Source: Erysipelotrichaceae bacterium UBA3379
Lineage (GTDB): Bacteria; Bacillota_I; Bacilli_A; Erysipelotrichales; Coprobacillaceae
Assembly: GCA_002359025.1 (NCBI GenBank)
Contig: DEPZ01000001.1
Span: 1-52,880 of the forward strand
Direction of reading: 5' to 3'
DNA: 52,880 bases
Shown here: positions 49,783-52,880 of the stretch, in pieces
Numbering within the stretch: the first letter of the stretch is position 1
How the letters are laid out: each line of letters opens with the position of its first letter
The notes under the pieces: generated by a model
What the model saw: the letters and a program-made list of their open reading frames with translations, nothing else
Databases searched by the model: none
What the model was told of the DNA's origin: nothing
Program-made: the position numbers and the translations under genes

Positions 49783-50532
49783 GTGGTTGTAGTGAAAGTA
49801 TTAGCAAGTGATTTTGATGGCACTCTCTTTTTTCATGATAAAGGTTTCAAAGAAGAAGATATAGAAAAGATTAAAGAGTTTCAACAGAAGGGTCATTTAT
49901 TTGGTATATGTTCTGGAAGAAGTTTAAAAGGTATTCAAGTTCAAATAGATCCTCGTATTCAATTAGATTTCTATATTATAAGTTCTGGTGCACAAATACT
50001 AGATAAAGATTTGAATATGATTTCTCAACATATTATTGATAAAAATGTTGTGATAAAGATTATATCTTTTATTCATGAAAAGATGGCTATTGATATAGAA
50101 GGAGTACATCACAGATTTAGTCTCAATAGAGATCATCCAAGAATAGATGATGATATTCTACTTTCTTCTATTGAAGAATTAAAAGAAGATGTTATTTCTT
50201 TTTCGCTCCATTTATCTAGTGAAAAAGAAGCTAAAAAATATACTGACTGGCTTAATGGATTTAAAGACATTCATGCATTTCAAAATAAAAAAGATATAGA
50301 TATCACAAAAACTGGTATATCAAAAGGAACTGGTATACAAGAAATAAAAAAATATTATCATATAGAAGATCATTGTTTTGCTGGAATTGGCGATGCTTTA
50401 AATGATTTACCAATGCTTCAAAGTGTTGATATTCCTTATACTTTTGAAGATAGTAGTGATGATGTTAAAAAATATTCTAAATATATTGTATCTAGTGTAG
50501 CCAAATGCTTAGAACATCTAGAAAGTTTATAA
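49783..50532 (+). CDS. Cof-type HAD-IIB phosphatase
   Basis: SDFDGTLF motif I, GDALNDLPM motif IV. GTG start (49783 or 49792). Confidence 0.85.
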   Translation: MVVVKVLASDFDGTLFFHDKGFKEEDIEKIKEFQQKGHLFGICSGRSLKGIQVQIDPRIQLDFYIISSGAQILDKDLNMISQHIIDKNVVIKIISFIHEKMAIDIEGVHHRFSLNRDHPRIDDDILLSSIEELKEDVISFSLHLSSEKEAKKYTDWLNGFKDIHAFQNKKDIDITKTGISKGTGIQEIKKYYHIEDHCFAGIGDALNDLPMLQSVDIPYTFEDSSDDVKKYSKYIVSSVAKCLEHLESL

Positions 50533-50553
50533 GAGAAGCAAATGCTTCTCTTA
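50530..50553. terminator. Bidirectional terminator between convergent genes
   Basis: TAAGAGAAGCA pairs with TGCTTCTCTTA as a near-perfect palindrome. Confidence 0.6.
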
Positions 50554-50934
50554 TTTCATTCTCTTCCAATATTGACCAACTGGTTCTTCTGGATGTTCTT
50601 GATTCCAAGGAACTTCATGTCTTTCAAAATAACCTATTACATGTCCCTGAAAATCACGTACAGGTACGAAGAACTCTCTTTCTCCATGTTTTGTATTCAA
50701 TGTTTCAAACATTTCATTTTCACCTTCATCAGCTCTTTTTAAAAACTCTTCTATCTTTGATTTTGAGTTTTCATTATGACAATTAAAGATGCTTCTTCCA
50801 ACTTGTACTCTTTCACCATATCTCTCTATAGCTGCTTGATTCATATAACGTACAATATGATTTCTATCAACAAATACAACTTCATAAACATATGCATCCA
50901 ATATACCTTTTAATACTTCTACTGTTATGTCCAT
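50551..50934 (-). CDS. Small stand-alone PAS-domain protein
   Basis: Start moved to ATG 50934 (MDITVEV), which follows AGTGAGGAAAG. PAS-like VVFVDRNHIVRYMNQAAIERYG... Confidence 0.6.
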   Translation of the reverse strand: MDITVEVLKGILDAYVYEVVFVDRNHIVRYMNQAAIERYGERVQVGRSIFNCHNENSKSKIEEFLKRADEGENEMFETLNTKHGEREFFVPVRDFQGHVIGYFERHEVPWNQEHPEEPVGQYWKRMK

Positions 50935-51143
50935 TTTTCTTTCCTCACTTTTTATATTCTCTTTTATTATACAAATAAATATCTTCATTGACAATTTTAA
51001 TATGTCTTTATATAAAAACATTTTAAACATAATTATTTCTATACAAATATGCTACAAATCTGAAGTATATTTCTGCTACTATTCTATTTATACACTGAAA
51101 GAGTTACTTTCTTATATTTAGAAAATAACTCTTTTTAAATGAT

Positions 51144-51794
51144 TTAAATTTGTAGTTCATCAATTGTAGAAATCAACCATTTTCCATCTGTATTAGTAAT
51201 AGTCATTTGCATTTTAAAATCTCGTGATGGTGTAGAATCAACTGCTTTTTTCATAGCATCAAAGAGCACTGGTGTCACATCCTCCATAACTTTTTGCATA
51301 ACAGCTTCTTCACCTTTTTCAGTCATAAGTTGACTATATTCTGAAAGATTCTTTTCGAGATATTCTTGTACTAATTGGTCTGTATCGACTTTACCTGTTT
51401 CTACATTCATTTGTTCAAAATCTATACATTTTCCACTTAATTCTACAGTCGCTTCATTATCATTCTCTGTGATTTTATCAATTGTATATTCAGTAATAGA
51501 TTTTGTCATAAGATAGTTTGCAAAATCCTGTGCTGCTTTATTGGCAGATTCTGATACTTCTTCTTCAGAAAAGAAATTTTTATATTCTTCTTGAATTCGT
51601 GATAACCCAAAGTTGTCCTTTAACTTATCTGCACCTACTGTAAATTCTAATGCTTGTGTATAATTCCCTTCTTTTACTGCAGACATATAACCATCTACAC
51701 TTGCTTTAATTTCTGCTTCATGAGATTCTCCGCCACACCCAACAAGTGTCACACAAAGCATAAAACCAACAAATACACTTAATAACTTTTTCAT
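51144..51794 (-). CDS. Lipoprotein of unknown function
   Basis: Signal peptide with lipobox LVGCGG; 216 aa, acidic. Confidence 0.7.
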   Translation of the reverse strand: MKKLLSVFVGFMLCVTLVGCGGESHEAEIKASVDGYMSAVKEGNYTQALEFTVGADKLKDNFGLSRIQEEYKNFFSEEEVSESANKAAQDFANYLMTKSITEYTIDKITENDNEATVELSGKCIDFEQMNVETGKVDTDQLVQEYLEKNLSEYSQLMTEKGEEAVMQKVMEDVTPVLFDAMKKAVDSTPSRDFKMQMTITNTDGKWLISTIDELQI

Positions 51795-51978
51795 AATACA
51801 CTTCCCCTTTCTTTATATATATTTTATCATAATTCTAAAATATTGTAATAAAAATAGCATAAAACAAAAAATACATCAAAAGTTATTTGCTTAGAACTTT
51901 TTGAGGTATATAAACTTATTAAAAATAAATTCACTAAATCTGTTATCTTTATTATCAATAGATTTCTTGAAAAGAAAA

Positions 51979-52716
51979 CTATCCTTCACATGTTGGACGA
52001 ATAACCAGATCAGACACATCTACATAATCAGGTTGAGAAATTGCATATAAGACTGCATTTGCAATAGTATCTGGTTGTAATCCAAATTTTTCATAAAATC
52101 CTTCTACTATTTTCTTATGTTCATTTTCTGCAACAGTATTTAATAACTCTGTTTTAATTGCTCCAGGATAAATTGTTGTTGTACGAATATTCTTTCCTTC
52201 TTGATTTGTTTCAATATTAAAAGACTGTAACATAACTTTTACGAAATGTTTTGTTCCACAATAGACAGCATTTCCAGGCACTAATGTCGTTCCTGCTTGG
52301 GATGATGTTACAATCACATACCCCGAATATTGATTATAGAACTCTGGAATCACTACATACATTGCATTTAAGACACCTTTGATATTGATATCAATCATAT
52401 TCATCCAACCAGTGATATCTAATTCAAACATGTTGCCGGCTAGCATAATTCCTGCATTTGCAAACAATACATCAATTTTCCCAAATTTTTCTTTCGCTAA
52501 TTTGACAATAGCCTTCATATCTTCTACATTCGTAACATCTGATTTGAGATAGATAGCAGATGTTCCCAATTCATTCGCTAGCTTTTCTAGACGATCTTCT
52601 CTTCTCCCACTTAATACAACTTTTGCTCCATTAGTAGCCAATACTCTTGCGGTTGCTTCTCCAATTCCTGAAGTTGCACCTGTAATCAAAACAACTTTAT
52701 TTTCTACATTTTTCAT
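51979..52716 (-). CDS. Short-chain dehydrogenase/reductase (SDR)
   Basis: TGATSGIG cofactor motif and YCGTK catalytic motif. Confidence 0.9.
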   Translation of the reverse strand: MKNVENKVVLITGATSGIGEATARVLATNGAKVVLSGRREDRLEKLANELGTSAIYLKSDVTNVEDMKAIVKLAKEKFGKIDVLFANAGIMLAGNMFELDITGWMNMIDINIKGVLNAMYVVIPEFYNQYSGYVIVTSSQAGTTLVPGNAVYCGTKHFVKVMLQSFNIETNQEGKNIRTTTIYPGAIKTELLNTVAENEHKKIVEGFYEKFGLQPDTIANAVLYAISQPDYVDVSDLVIRPTCEG

Positions 52717-52880
52717 TTTTACTCCTCCTTGATTTCTATGGTAGTGTCAAAAATAGTTAGTTTATTTATATATAAATTAACTTAAAACCCCTATTCTACC
52801 TTGGTTTTATTTATATTTTGATTAATTTCCCCTGGAATTAATCTATAAACTTAACCATTTTTCTATACAAAAAAGGTAAT

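Noticed and set aside
52753-52784. The 11-mer ATAGTTAGTTT plus a downstream TAACTTA is shared between the iron-operon operator (12586-12607) and the SDR promoter region, with spacings differing by 10 nt; possible common regulator
   Set aside because: At this base composition, thousands of chance 11-mer matches are expected among all position pairs in 53 kb. The SDR copy is only an imperfect palindrome. Kept as a note only.

Overview
Low-GC Firmicutes chromosomal segment. Single 60-nt spot counts give about 27% G+C in housekeeping genes. Nearly all genes lie on the minus strand, in Bacillus-like housekeeping order: spoIIE-tilS-hpt-ftsH-hslO, dusB ... lysS (T-box controlled), prfA-prmC, typA, tdk, and yybS-gdpP-rplI-dnaB. 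A two-component system, sugar/HAD/GNAT enzymes and azlCD are also present. Two accessory patches stand out. (A) 1-6.7 kb is very AT-rich. It holds an Rgg/RRNPP-like peptide-sensing regulator with a divergent, unannotated 48-aa secreted pro-peptide ending in PLIFDFWW. Downstream come an unannotated 41-aa acidic ORF without Cys or Trp, a hairpin, and a radical SAM enzyme that runs off the left edge. This looks like a quorum-sensing-controlled RiPP locus and is my top candidate for something new. The same patch carries decayed island remnants (a multi-frameshifted unknown gene, an xis-like scrap, a tyrosine integrase broken at homopolymers) and an intact XRE-ImmA/IrrE-DUF3800 operon with a three-half-site operator. 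(B) 8.66-15.14 kb, between lysS and dusB, holds a visibly more GC-rich Fe-siderophore-type ABC operon plus an IS1202/ISNCY-like insertion sequence. The whole 5.5 kb is bracketed by a perfect 28-bp direct repeat and sits next to a 5'-truncated surface-protein gene. Other oddities: a C-rich hairpin plus terminator (candidate sRNA) between dusB and a fused ABC/FtsX gene; an 11-bp tandem repeat in the two-component promoter; a lone DUF5131 (Gp37/Gp68) gene with an extra Cys cluster; and an Rpn-type PD-(D/E)XK gene with in-frame 12-bp repeats. No rRNA, tRNA or CRISPR array was seen.
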